Shown here: positions 23,463 to 36,453 of the stretch, piece after piece | How positions within the stretch are numbered: the stretch's first letter is position 1 | Layout: the number at the start of each line of letters is the position of its first letter | From: Octopus vulgaris | Taxonomy: Eukaryota | DNA: 64,000 nucleotides | Direction: 5' to 3' | Assembly: GCA_951406725.2 (NCBI GenBank) | Contig: OX597819.1 | Span: 13,578,001-13,642,000 of the forward strand | Position numbers and translations under genes: made by a program | Notes under the pieces: model-generated | Database searches by the model: none | Told to the model about the DNA's origin: nothing | Seen by the model: only the letters and a program-made list of their open reading frames with translations

Positions 23463-24327
23463 ATGCTGTTTTTATTCAAAGGATTCCAGCTTTCTAAAGT
23501 CTGGAAGTCATTTAGCAATAGTCTTTGTAACACACTTAGTCACTTGTTAACTATTTAGTATGTCGTCAATGTATGGATATTATTGATGTAGCACTATACT
23601 GTGTGTGTGTGTGTGTGTGTATACTGTGGATGAGTGTTGTGTTGTGAATGTCTGGCCAGTCAGTGACAGCCACTACGAAGCCCCTTCAAAATGGTTTAGC
23701 CATCTCTCATCCTTCTTTAATTACCGCTTGAAGTAAAATGATCCAAAGAATATTACAATGAACTTTTGCTCATAGATTCTATCTTTTGAATGTTTTTATA
23801 TATATATTTTCTTATATATTTCAACAATACAATTAATTAACTTTAATTAATGGTATTTAATTGATTTAGCCGTTAAGAATTAAGACTAGTTCCAGATAGA
23901 TTTCCTGTGAATGTTGCCTGTGATATCCAGGAGATTTATCTCTCGATCACCAAATGCACGTGGACCCAATACTAAGTACCGGCTCTGATCAGCTTCTTTG
24001 AAACTCTTTAAAGCCATTTATTTTATAGTAAAACAAGCGAGAGAGGGAAACCTAGGCTTTGCTTGAGCCATGTACATATTGGCTGGACATCTCACTTTTC
24101 AGTCTTCATTTGCTTGTAATCATTGTAAATAAAGAGTTTATTTCTTAAGACATGTTTTTATTGACCGTCTGAAGTAAGTGTTGCTGGTAAAACTTGATGG
24201 TCAGCGCTGACGTTGACCACTGTGCCTTGTACTCGCTTGGGAAACATTACACACTGTTCTCAATATGGGATTACTCTTGCCCTGTTATTCTCTTGGCCAA
24301 AATACACACACAGACATGTATGTGTGT

Positions 24328-24611
24328 GAAGGGGCATAATTTAGTGGTAAGGGTATTCGGCTCATGGCCATAAGGTCGTGAGTTCGATTCCCACCAATGC
24401 ATTGTATCCTTAAGCAAGACACTTTATTTCACATCGCTCCAGTCCACTCAGCTGGCAAAATTTAGTTGTACCTGTAATTCAAAGGGACCAGCCTTGTCAC
24501 ATTCTATGTCACACTGTCTGTGGAGTACTCAACCACTTGCACGTTAATTTCACAAACAAGCTGTTCTGTTGATCCAATCAACTGGAACACTCGTCATCAT
24601 AATGGAGTGCC

Positions 24612-24612
<1 letters not shown>
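24328..24612 (+). mobile_element. SINE family B, older variant
   Basis: B box gagttcgattcc; body similar to the 13312 copy. Confidence 0.75.
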
Positions 24613-24662
<50 letters not shown>

Positions 24663-24754
24663 GGGAGAATTCACAAAAAACAAAAACAAAAGACGAAGAC
24701 AGGTGGTGTAGACAACAAAAAGATGTATTAGTATAACACTCGGGAATTGAAAGA

Positions 24755-24790
24755 CTTTAACATTTCGAGCCTGCGCTCTTCCACAGAAAG
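24755..24790 (-). ncRNA. Second A6U hammerhead-like motif, inside repeat at about 24660-24835
   Basis: CUUU-CUGUGGA-a-GAGC(gcag)GCUC-GAAA-UG-UU-AAAG; same family as 3260. Confidence 0.55.
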
Positions 24791-25479
24791 AAACAAGGAG
24801 AGAAAACAAATGTGTGTAGTGGTTAGCGATCTATCATATATATATATATATATATATGATTTAAAAATCTTCAAATACCCGAGTGACTGGCACCATAAAC
24901 TAGAACCTCCTATAAAGCGAAGTCTATTTTTAAACTAGTTTTTCGGTTCCAGTGGAAGCTAAGTTATTTTACAAATGTCTTTAAGAAGGTCATGTCTCAC
25001 AGTTTCATTTATCTCTTCTTATATATTTCTAACCTTGTAATTAAAGCCAGACAATATACTCAAGGCCAAATTTTAAATAGCTTTTATTTTCCTCTCATAT
25101 TTTCTTTTTCCCTGCAAGTTAAACGTTTTAAAATATATTTTGGTATTTCAAAAGTATTGGGTGAAAAGATCTCCCAACTAATTTAATTTTATTGATGTTA
25201 CAACTCAGAACTTTTCCATTCGTTCCTTTTAAGCTGACCAAAACCTTAGCCAGTCTCTGTTTTCTGAGACCGTTGTTTTATGTTGACATGTTACTGTTTG
25301 GAAGAAGTCTTAGTCTGCCGTAGCTGTCTCTCGTCGCCCCAGGGAGCGGTTTCAGTATTAATAAAGAGTTTTTAGTCAAAATACATTCTTATGGTTCTCT
25401 CTCTGTTTAATCTTTTTGGTTTCTTTTACGGGATTCAGTCATTGTGGTGCAGCTAGGCTGTCACACCAGCTTCAAAGGC

Positions 25480-25835
25480 CTCACACAATCAGAGGACTGA
25501 GTCAGAGCCTGCGAGGTGCTGTTTGATCATTGAATGTTGGTATAAAGTTTATGAAGAATGTCATAACAGGCGATGAAACTTAGATATCTGTCTGCGATGT
25601 GGAAACAGAATGGTAGTCGTCGCGATGATTTCGATAATCGTCGCCAGGGCTGCAAAAGAAAAGAAGGAAAGCAAATAGATAATGTTGATCGTCTGTTTTT
25701 TTCTTTTTCATTGGAAGGGCGTTGTTCATCATGAGTTAAATCTACGTGGTCAGATGATAAAGAATTTTACTTGGATGTCGGGAGTTATTTGTGAAGGGGC
25801 GGTTGAAAGGAAGAAGTTTGAGATGAGAACACACA
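25480..25835 (+). mobile_element. Mariner transposase internal relic
   Basis: NVITGDET*IS..GVVHHE..KEFYLDV motifs with stops and frameshifts. Confidence 0.7.
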
Positions 25836-25836
25836 A

Positions 25837-27199
25837 TGAACGCATTCTGCGGGAATAACACAGGTTCAATCGATTCTTATTGGTCATGTGGAGCTTCGCA
25901 GTGTGCATTTGCAGCTGCTGTTAGTACCATCAAGTAACGGGGAAAGGAGGTGCAACTAGTGTAAATCTGAAAAATTCCACATCCCAAAATACCCACTAAA
26001 ATCACTGTACACACGATCTAAGATATATATCGACCATATATCAGTTCATGTGTGACTCCTCCGGGTCTCTTTAATAAGGCATAAGACGACTGTCGACCTC
26101 CAGCCGTCCTACTGTTTGGGTTTGGTCCCTGAAGCGTCACTAATTTCTGACGAATGATGAGATCAAAGAAAATTCCCTACGAGAGATATGCACTACCCAT
26201 GAATACAAGTCCTCAAACTGGGAAAAACGTTGGCAGTGGTTTAATAACAGCGGAGGGAAGGAGACTTGTCTGATTACATTGTTAATACAGCAACAATGTG
26301 GAGGCGCAATGGCCCAGTGGTTAGGGCAGCGGACTCGCGGTTTCGATTCCCAGACCGGGCGTTGTGAGTGTTTATTGAGCGAAAACACCTAAAAAGCTCC
26401 ACGAGGCTCCGGCAGGGGATGGTGGTGATCCCTGCTGTACTCTTTCACCACAACTTTCTCTCACTCTTCCTGTTTCTGTTGTACCTGTATTTCAAAGGGC
26501 CGGCCTTGTCACTCTCTGTGTCACGCTGAATATCCCCGAGAACTACGTAAAGGGTACACGTGCCTGTGGAGTGCTCAGCCACTTACACGTTAATTTCACG
26601 AGCAGGCTGTTCCGTTGATCGGATCAACCGGAACCCTCGTCGTCGTAACCGACGGAGTGCTTCCAAAAATACAGCAACAAATTTATTTTTAGTTTAGTTT
26701 TGTTTTGGACAGATTTCGTTGCATATCCCTGTACGTGATCTGTCCAAAATGAAACCAAACTTTACAAGTTTTCTTTAAAGAAATTTTAGACTTCAATATC
26801 TACAAAACTGCCTATAGTCTTTTGAGGCGATGTCTATTAGTACATGTTGGATAAGTTCTTATTGGTCAAGTGTGGCAAGGACATACACTAACGGGTGTTA
26901 ATTTACTGCTCTTGTACAGGGGAGAGTGCTGCGGTCGGTTGGTTTCCAACAAGGACTCCTTTGGATGTGAAAAAAACTTTGCAGAAGAAATCTCCCTATG
27001 ATGAGAGTGATATCTTAGAGCGTGTGTACAGTGATTTTAGTGGGTATTTTGGGATGTGGAATTTTTCAGATTTACACTAGTTGCACCTCCTTTCCCCGTT
27101 ACTTGATGGTACTAACAGCAGCTGCAAATGCACACTGCGAAGCTCCACATGACCAATAAGAATCGATTGAACCTGTGTTATTCCCGCAGAATGCGTTCA
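25837..27199. repeat. 190-bp inverted repeat pair (25837-26026 / 27010-27199)
   Basis: Direct comparison; one mismatch seen near the inner end. Confidence 0.9.
26298..26665 (+). mobile_element. SINE family B with TSD
   Basis: TSD aatacagcaacaa. Confidence 0.9.
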
Positions 27200-29360
27200 G
27201 TGCATCGTTACTTGAAAATCCCTACTTAGTAGGGAACATAGAACGACAGAGTGAGACCTCAATTGTTTACTCCAAATATTGAATACTCTTTCGGCTGTAA
27301 CCAAAAACACCTGGTCGGAAACTATCAACGAATCGGGGACACAAAGCTGAAGATTCTCTTCATTCCCTCTGTGAATACTATTCAAACAGATCGGTGCTAT
27401 GCACCACATAAAAAAAAAAAAAAGAAAGAAAAACCCAGAATGTGTTGGAAAGTCTTCTTCCCCGAGAAAGGATTCCTAAAATCCCGGTAGATACGTAGGG
27501 ATAGTGAACACGAAAATCCTCCCCACCAACAAAGGTACTTGAACATTTCGAGTCCAATTTTCTGCATATTGATAGGAAAAGTAAGATTCTAATATTCCAC
27601 CGAAACCGCCTGAACAATCACACAACAGCCACACAGTTGCAAAGAAAATAAAGAGTAGATGCGAGCTGGAGAATGGCACATACTCTCCTGCCAAACGATA
27701 TTAAAACATTAAAAATGCCTGCTCATGATGTTGTATGCTGCCAGTACCATAAATAAGCAAAAGAGCAGTGTCCTAATTAAAAATAGACTGCATTGAGCGC
27801 TTTGTCGTGCGTACATCCTACATTGATTAACTCTAAAGACTATAAAGATCCGGGTTATGTATCCAACACTGATGTTAGTTTTGTAAACCCCGCCTAGGAA
27901 ATGATTTGGGTTTAATTAGCGAGCTTATAGTGGATAGGATTTCATGAAAAACTAGAAACGTGACGAGATTAACACAGTGAAACTACATGATGAATGCTAT
28001 GTTGTAGTCCAGTAGAGTAGAATACAAGACACTCAGTGAAGTCATCCTGTTCTATAGAATGTATATAGACTTAAGAATGTCTAAAGCTCTCTGAATAGCT
28101 CTGGAGAGCTTAATAACCTTGATACCAGGAATATACTGAACGCCAAGAAACCGAGAGTACCTCCGTGGTTAAAATGAAGGACGCCCTATATTCAACATTT
28201 CCAAGAAAATATCTTGAGTTTTACACTAGAAAATATCTTGCCTTTCATACTAGAAATCTCCCAAAGCAAATCAAAAGAAACGAGCCACTTCTATGGCTCT
28301 GAGCGCTGGAGACGACGATTGGACAATTTCCTCCGGTGTAAAAGAGTACAGCGTGGATAGACTCATAAAAGACCTGGTGCAAGTATATAAGGAATGGATG
28401 GAAGCACTCCGTCGGTTACGACGATGAGGGTTCCGGTTGATCCGAATCAACGGAACAGCCTGCTCGTGAAATTAACGTGTAAGTGGCTGAGCACTCCACA
28501 GACACGTGCACCCTTAACGTGACATGGCCGGCCCCTTGAAATACAGGTACAACAGAAACAGGAAGTAAGAGTGAGAGAAAGTTATGGTGAAAGAGTACAG
28601 TAGGGATCACCACCATCCCCTGCCGGAGCCCTGTGGAGTTTTTAGGTATTTTCGCTCACAACGCCCGGTCTGGGAATCGAAACCGCGATCCTATGACCGC
28701 GAGTCCGCTGCCCTAACCACTGGGCCATTGCGCCTCCACATATATAAGGAATACAAAATGAACCACACCATTAACAATAGCTTTTGAATAGTTAACTTCT
28801 GAGACATTATACTGTATCTGACAGCAAGTAAATATCACCTCTCTATAAATCTAAATGAGAAAATCATAAACATAAGCAAAAACTCCCTTCTCTGTCTAGT
28901 CATAATAAAGAACAGATAACATAAGTACCACAATTTCCGTCCTACCGTCTGCAATGAGCATTTTCAACTGTACAACGCCCTGAGATGTGGCTTTACTGAA
29001 AAGAAAGCGTTGAAGGATCGCTTCAATATAAAAACAGAACAAGGAAGAGAAAAATATTTTAGTTTAATTCACCCTACGACAACCGAACTCGGAACTTCCT
29101 ACGACTTTTAAAAAAAATTCCCAACAATACATTGCAAAATATCTTAAACTGCTCACTTAGATTATCCTGCAGTGGAGCAGCCATAATACTTGCTTATGGT
29201 ACCAAGAAGAATTATACGGGACTCACCTTTTAAGATCAGATACAATCAACACATACATCTATTTAGGTTAGAGAATGAAGAAGTTCTACTTCATTTCCAC
29301 AATACGTCTGAGCATTTAAGGATAGTGGAGCTGAAAGTGTTTCTCTAACTTAGAACATCG
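27200..29360 (+). mobile_element. Penelope-like retroelement relic (RT plus GIY-YIG endonuclease)
   Basis: With frameshifts: TLKDYK..VSFVNPA/RNDLGLIS (about 27830-27920) and KNYTGLT/FKIRYNQHIHLFR (about 29208-29267). Confidence 0.65.
28398..28740 (-). mobile_element. SINE family B inserted in the Penelope relic
   Basis: TSD tatataaggaat. Confidence 0.9.
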
Positions 29361-29585
29361 TGGATCGAGCTGTATGTGTATGTGTGATATCATCTTGAAA
29401 CAGCCATCAAGTTCACCATTCAGTGCTGAAATTTTATCACTGGCGTCATAGGAAGCCATTTCAACCAAGTAACTTTCATATTCTTCAAAGTTCTCCAGTC
29501 CAAGCAGACGAGCAGGGAAACCCTCGTCAAACCAGGGTCCAGTCGTTCACAGTATCCTCCTCTGTGCAGTAACAGTAACGCGATA

Positions 29586-29955
29586 AGGCGACGAGCTGGC
29601 AGAAACGTTAGCATGCCGGGCGAAATGCTTAGCGGTATTTCGTCTGTCTTTACGTTCTGAGTTCAAATTCCGCCGAGATCGACTTTGCCTTTCATCCTTT
29701 CGAGGTCGATAAATTAAATTCCAGTTACGCACTGGGGTCGATGTAATCGACTTAATCCCTTTGTTTGTCCCCTCTGTGTTTAGCTCCTTGTGGGTAGTAA
29801 AGAAATGGGTATTTCGTCTGCCCTTACGTTCTGAGTTCAAATTCCGCCGAGGTCAACTTTGCCTTTCATCTTTTCGGGTCGATTAAATAAGTACCAGTTA
29901 CGCACTGGGGTCGATGTAATCGACTTAATCCCTTTGTCTGTCCATGTTTGTCCTC
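29586..29955 (+). mobile_element. SINE family C (Meta-domain-like body), partial tandem dimer
   Basis: ggcgacgagctggcagaaacgttagc..gagttcaaattcc..ctttgcctttcatcctttcgaggtcgataaa; body repeated. Confidence 0.8.
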
Positions 29956-29974
29956 TAGGACATACCTTTGCTAG

Positions 29975-30051
29975 GTAATTTTCTAGGATATACCTTGTTA
30001 TTAGGATAATTATAAGATAATTACCCTAATAACGAGGTATGTCCTAGCAAA
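29975..30051. repeat. Short imperfect palindrome (MITE-like)
   Basis: ctaggatataccttgttattaggataatt / aattaccctaataacgaggtatgtcctag. Confidence 0.7.
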
Positions 30052-30547
30052 ACTGTTTGGTTAATAATATGGAATAATACCATTGTTTTCTTTGAAACAT
30101 ATGTCGGAAGTAAAAAGATTTGAATAACACTCGCGTTTAACTCCATTTATTTATCTCTCTCTCTTTCTCCCCCCCCACACACACACATGCATATATGGGT
30201 ACAGGACATCACCAACAGTAAACAACATGAAATACGAAAACAATGTGGTCAATACGCAAACAACGAAATAAATGGAAAACAGGACAAGTAACATAAAGAA
30301 CGACACTTCATTGGCTATCTCCTCCTCCTCCTCCTCTTCTTCTTCTTCGTCTTGTTGTTGTTGTTGTTGTTGCTGTTGTTGTTCTTCTTCTGATAGATGC
30401 GACGGGGTTCTTTCAGTTTTCCGTGTATCGAATTCATTTACAAGTCATTTTTCGGCCTAGTGTTATAGAAGAAGTAACGTGCCGAAGGTGCCACGCAGTG
30501 GGACTGAACCTGGAACTGCGCGATTGGGTAGCAAACTTTTTGCGTCT

Positions 30548-30760
30548 ATGTATGCATGTTTGTATGCATGTATGTATGTATGTATATATGTATGTATGTA
30601 TGTATGCATGTATGTATGCATGCATGCATGTATGTATGTATGTATGTATGTATGCATGTATGTATGCATGTATGTATGTATGTATGCATGTATGTATGCA
30701 TGCATGCATGCATTATGCATGTATGTATGTATGTATGTATGTGTGTGTGTGTGTGTGTGT
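30548..30760. repeat. (TATG)n/(TG)n microsatellite
   Basis: Direct reading. Confidence 0.95.
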
Positions 30761-31227
30761 GGTCGCCCACATGTAACTCTAAATATTTTCTCCATGAATC
30801 TCTCACAAACTGATGGGAAATCTACCAGCTGCCGATCTAAGGAACGGGGGGGGGGGAGCAACTTGACAGCTCCCAGAAGGTTCAATTTCAAATCGATATT
30901 TAAGCGCCGAGGCCGGTTTTGATCTGAAGTTAAACGACAAGTTAATCTTTCGATTAAACCCCATAAAGGATTTAGTATTATTCCTGAAACATGTGTGGCT
31001 GCACAAACGATCCGTTGATAGAAACCGAAAGCATGTTGTATGTGTGTGTGTGTTTGCGCGCTAACATCTGGTCATAATTATTCAACCAATTGCTGTAACT
31101 CGTCAACATTCCCCTTCTTAATATCGTTTTAAAACACAAAGTTTATTGTTGTTATTCAGCCCTAGACCCGCGCTGATCGAGCACGCATATGATGAAAGAC
31201 AGTCCAGCCGTGACTATGCTGTTCCCT

Positions 31228-31436
31228 CGGCGAGCTGGCAGAAACGTTAGCACGCCGGGCGAAATGTGTAGCCGTATTTCGTCTGCAGCTACGTTCTGAG
31301 TTCAAATTCCGCCGAGGTCGACTTTGCCTTTCATCCTTTCGAGGTCGATTAAATAAGTACCAGTTACGCAGTGGGGTCGATGTAATTGACTTAATCCCTT
31401 TGTCTGTCCTTGTTTGTCCCCTCTGTGTGTAGCCCC
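31228..31436 (+). mobile_element. SINE family C with TSD
   Basis: ctatgctgttccctc on both sides. Confidence 0.85.
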
Positions 31437-31665
31437 TATGCTGTTCCCTCCCCGCACACCCAGCCACCCACTGACATTGTGTATTTAGCGTTGTATTATG
31501 CCCTCCATAAAAAGTGATGATCGGGCGTGTTTCAAGAGAAATTTGGCTTCTATTTCTAGCAAGTCTTAGAAGCCCCTTTGTAGTATACTTGGTTATTATG
31601 CGGTTTACGTTCGTAAAAAGTAAAAGTAAATCTTCTAAAAATGATGAAAGTAAATAGTGATAGAC

Positions 31666-32040
31666 GGAAGCACTCCGTCGGTTCCGACGACGAGGGTTCC
31701 AGTTGATCCGATCAACTGAACAGCCTGCTCGTGAAATTAACGTGTAAGTGGCTGAGCACTCCACAGACACGTGTACCCTTAACGTTGTTCTCGGGGATAT
31801 TCAGCGTGACACAGAGAGTGACAAGGCCGGCCCTTTGAAATACAGGTACAACAGAAACAGGAAGTAAGAGTGATAGAAAGTTGTGGTGAAACAGTACAGC
31901 AGGGATCACGACCAGCCGGAGCCCCGTGGAGCTTTAGGTGTTTTCGCTCAATAAACACTCACAACGCCCGGTCTGGGAATCGAAACCGCGATCCTACGAT
32001 GCGAGTCCGCAACCCTAACCACTGGGCCATTGCGCCTCCA
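31666..32040 (-). mobile_element. SINE family B
   Basis: TSD gtgatagac. Confidence 0.9.
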
Positions 32041-32252
32041 CTGTGATAGACTCACATGTAAACAATATAAAAGATGAAAACAGTCACACTTCCCGGTGGT
32101 GTTCGTTGTTGGGTATTTAATATTGTTGGAATGGTGTACCTCAGCTGTAATTTCTGAAATATCTAACATATCACAAGATGATGCTATACACATGATCATA
32201 TTAAAGGAGTTCTTTATGTTCTTGTCTTGTTAGAAATTTTGGAATGATAAAG

Positions 32253-32622
32253 CGGGGAGCTGGCAGAAACGTTAGCACGCCGGGCGAAATGCGTAGCCGT
32301 ATTTCGTCTGCCGTTACGTTCTGAGTTCAAATTCCGCCGAGGTCAACTTTGCCTTTCATCCTTTCGGGGTCGATTAAATAAGTACCAGTTACGAACTGGA
32401 GTCGATATAATCGACTTAATCCCTTTGTCTGTCCTTGTTTGTCTTCTCTGTGTTTAGCCCCTAGTGGGTAGTAAAGAAATGGGTATTTCGTCTGTCTTTA
32501 CGTTCTGAGTTCAAATTCCGCCGAGGTCGAGTTTGCCTTTCATCGATGAAAGTTCTGGGGTCGATTTGCTCGACTAAAGGTGGTGCTCCAGCATGGCCGC
32601 AGACTGAAACAAATAAAAGAAT
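32253..32622 (+). mobile_element. SINE family C partial dimer joined to a family-A tail
   Basis: C body twice, then ctggggtcgatttgctcgactaaaggtggtgctccagcatgg. Confidence 0.75.
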
Positions 32623-33351
32623 ACTCTGGCATTTCTTTCCTCCTCTTCCTGCTCCTCCTCCTCTTCGATCTCCATGATTTTTTCCTCAATTTGTGTTGCA
32701 CTCTTTTACTCATTGGCTGCCACCAAGTCTATCATGCGCACTCACCCTGGACCCCGTGTTAAGTCCCTCTGTATCTGTCTTTCACACTCTCTCCCCTTCC
32801 TATGTAAAGCGTGATTAGATTAACCAACCAACCAACCAACATTTATATTGGTTATTACGCACACACACTCACATACACTTTCACACCACGCATTCACATA
32901 CCCCCCCCCACACACACACACACATTCACACACACACACACTCACATACACCCACACTTATACACAATTTTCTCAAAATTCTCTTAAAATAGATTAGCAT
33001 TAGTTAAGGACAGACATTTTACTTAACACAATAACGTTTATGAAAATCGTTATTTCGCGCTATTTGAAGGTTTAAGAAGGCATACATTAACCTAAATCAA
33101 CTAATTATGGGGGTTTTCACTCCCACCTCAAGAACCAAGAAATAAGGACTTTATAAGTTTCTTTATTATTAGTAAAAATATCTGTTTTTAATTAATTCTC
33201 GTTTATTGAAGAGAAAAAAACATTTGTCTTATTATAAGATTTGAAGAACTCACAACATTTTCGAGATTTTTATAATTGGGTTCAGCTGAACCGGTGATCA
33301 TATCCGGTTTTAATCACAATATCCTCTAGATTACTATCGCATGAGACTTGG

Positions 33352-33423
33352 CATAATAATAGTAGTAGGAGTAGGAGTAGGAGTAGGAGTAGTAGTAGCA
33401 GCAGCAGCAGTAGCAGCAGCAGC

Positions 33424-33468
<45 letters not shown>

Positions 33469-33520
33469 TGTAAAAAGAAGAAGAAGAAGAAGAAAAGCAA
33501 GAACAACAACAGCAGCATCT
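33352..33520. repeat. Compound AAT/AGT/AGC/AAG microsatellite
   Basis: Direct reading. Confidence 0.9.
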
Positions 33521-33565
33521 ACTAAAATTACTCCCGGATTGGCTGTGTGGTAAGTAGCTTGCTTA

Positions 33566-34291
33566 CTCATAATTGACTCGTGATCTCATAATTGACTCGT
33601 GTAAAAACGAGAATTATAGAATTCTTTTTTTGGAGCCCCGGATTGCGGATGCAGGAATGCGTGCAAGTTGCAAGAAAATTACTCGGGGAAGGACTGTAGA
33701 GGTTTATCGCCCCGGATTGCGGATGCAGGAATGCGTGCAAGTTGCAAGAAAATTACTCGGGGAAGGACTGTAGAGGTTTATCGCCCCGGATTGCGGATGC
33801 AGGAATGCGTGCAAGTTGCAAGAAAATTACTCGGGGAAGGACTGTAGAGGTTTATCGCCCCGGATTGCGGATGCAGGAATGCGTGCAAGTTGCAAGAAAA
33901 TTACTCGGGGAAGGACTGTAGAGGTTTATCGCCCCGGATTGCGGATGCAGGAATGCGTGCAAGTTGCAAGAAAATTACTCGGGGAAGGACTGTAGAGGTT
34001 TATCGCCCCGGATTGCGGATGCAGGAATGCGTGCAAGTTGCAAGAAAATTACTCGGGGAAGGACTGTAGAGGTTTATCGCCTCCAATTTGTGTATAATTT
34101 GTGTTTTATAATTGTATTGTATTTTAAATTGTAAGAGGGTTAATACGTCAGTATATGCGTTTTTAAAGAACAATTTTTTAGAGAAGCAGGAGGTCAGTGG
34201 GCGCTTTCTGTCTTCTCCCATCTTCATCATTTTTGTATCATAATCATTCGCCTTATCTATGTGCTACCTACATGGCAAATTTAATGAATAA
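33566..34291 (+). mobile_element. Retroposed ~725-bp insertion with 14-bp TSD
   Basis: aagtagcttgctta (33552-33565) / aagtagtttgctta (34292-34305); ends aatgaataaa. Confidence 0.7.
33637..34080. repeat. Tandem array, 6 x 74 bp, identical units
   Basis: Unit cccggattgcggatgcagg...gtagaggtttatcgc starts at 33637, 33711, 33785, 33859, 33933, 34007. Confidence 0.95.
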
Positions 34292-34637
34292 AAGTAGTTT
34301 GCTTATCAACCACATGGTTCCGGGTTCAGTCCCACTGAGTGGCACCTCGGGCAAGTGTCTTCTACTATAGCCTCGGGCCGACCAAAGCCTTGTGAGTGGA
34401 TTTGGTAGACGGAAACTGAAAGAAGCCCGTCGTATATATGTCAACATCGCTTGACAACCGATGCTGGTGTGTTTACGTCCCCGTAACTTAGCGGTTCGGC
34501 AAAAAAAGAGACCGATAGAATAAGTACTAGGCTTACAAAGAATATGTTCTGGGGTCGATTTGCTCGACTAAAGGCGGTGCTCCAGCATGACCGCAGTCAA
34601 ATGATTGAAACAAGTAAAAGAGTATATAAACTATCTG

Positions 34638-34669
<32 letters not shown>

Positions 34670-35034
34670 CATTATTATTATCATCATCACGATGCTAGTA
34701 GATGCCAATATGGACTGCAGGCTCTGGAATGTGGCGGTGCCATGATCTCGAATGCCAGCAAAAGATGCCTAAAATGTTCAATGCCATTCTTTGTGTACAC
34801 ATACATATATACACACATTTGAATACACCTTGTCATTCACAAATAATGAGTACACACAGGAATGTATACATAGTGCTCACACACATATTGTATACATACA
34901 TACATACATACAGTAACTCGAAAAAATGTGCGCGCACGCACACACACGTACTCACACGCAGACAATCACATTCGCGCATGAACATACACAGACGTATATG
35001 CAGGCGCTACACGTATTCGCATTATACTTACACA

Positions 35035-35100
<66 letters not shown>

Positions 35101-35204
35101 CACACACATCACACATGTACGCACATACACACTTCACATACCTATGCATATACACACCTTTGACTTACCTTTTGTGATCCAATGACCTCGATGTCGTCTG
35201 GTTA

Positions 35205-35420
35205 GAGAAACGCTAGCTGGCGAAATGCTGAGCGGTATTTCGTCTGCCGTTACGTTCTGAGTTCAAATTCCGCCGAAGTCGACTTTGCCTTTCGTCCTTT
35301 CAGGTATCAATTAAATAAGTACCAGTTTACGCACTGGGGTCGATGTAATCGACTTAATCCGTTTGTGTGTCCTTGTTTGTCCCCTCTGTGTTTAGCCCCT
35401 TGTGGGCAATAAAGAAATAA
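35205..35420 (+). mobile_element. SINE family C
   Basis: Family C body. Confidence 0.8.
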
Positions 35421-35759
35421 GAGAGACGTGGATGGTGCGGGACAGTTACGGAGAGGAGGAGGGGGGAGGAGGTAATGAATAAAAAGGGAAGAGAATGGCA
35501 AAAGAAAATACAGGAATAAACAAAGAAATAACAAAACACACACACACACACTCATGCATTAACAAACACTAATAACACATACACACTACATTCACATCAA
35601 CACGCACACACGTACACACACGCACACGCGCGCACGCAGACACACACACACTTACTGGTATACACAGACACACTGATAATACACACACCTACATAAGCAT
35701 ACGGATACTAATTAATCCGGTGACTCTTCAGCTGTAGGATCCCGGTGGCAATCGATATA

Positions 35760-36386
35760 AAAGTGAAGCCTGCTGCTAATAAATGATTGTATAAACCCAG
35801 GTGAATGACTTCGCCTGGGGTCCGATGATGAGGGTAAGACGACCCTTACTATTAATCTCTACTAAGTTAAAGGATGAGGTACCGAACGATCTACATCATT
35901 TGTCTTTCATATCCATCATAACTACCCGTCTGATAAGGGTACACCATATGTGCGCGACATGGTCATCTCATATCAAGATAAACAGCACATGACCTTGCAG
36001 GTGGGGGCCGAGTTAGAATTTTCTTCTGATCCAGTAACCCATACCGCTCAAAAGGTCCCTGAATAAGGGTTGTTTGAAGATGTTGAACGAAACCCCCATG
36101 TTTCCAGAGGTGAATTATTCAAATCCCAAAGAATCCCTCTCAACACATGGCTATGATGCTCCCCCACTACTTCTGCTCGTGATTAGAGATGCACATATCG
36201 TCAGCCACCAAGGGACATGCTCAACTGGTTAAAGTCAAACAACTGACAAGCAAATCTGTGGTATTGAGCAGAATATTTGCTGTAAAACCCATCTTTTATA
36301 CCAAGACAAAACAATGTACATGATAACACTTCCAATCAGTTAAGATCAGAAGCCATGAAAACCACTGCCTGGTACTGCATCAGGGC

Positions 36387-36453
<67 letters not shown>

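Larger units (their letters stand above)
33540..34625 (+). mobile_element. SINE family A split in its tRNA head by an insertion
   Basis: Head 33540-33565 resumes at 34292. Confidence 0.85.

Noticed and set aside
22676-23558. 285-aa and 265-aa repeat ORFs, or a CRISPR array
   Set aside because: Contiguous 48-bp units with no spacers; open frames follow from a unit length divisible by three; no splice or start context.
33637-34080. CRISPR-like array
   Set aside because: Units are identical end to end, no unique spacers, no cas genes, eukaryotic context.
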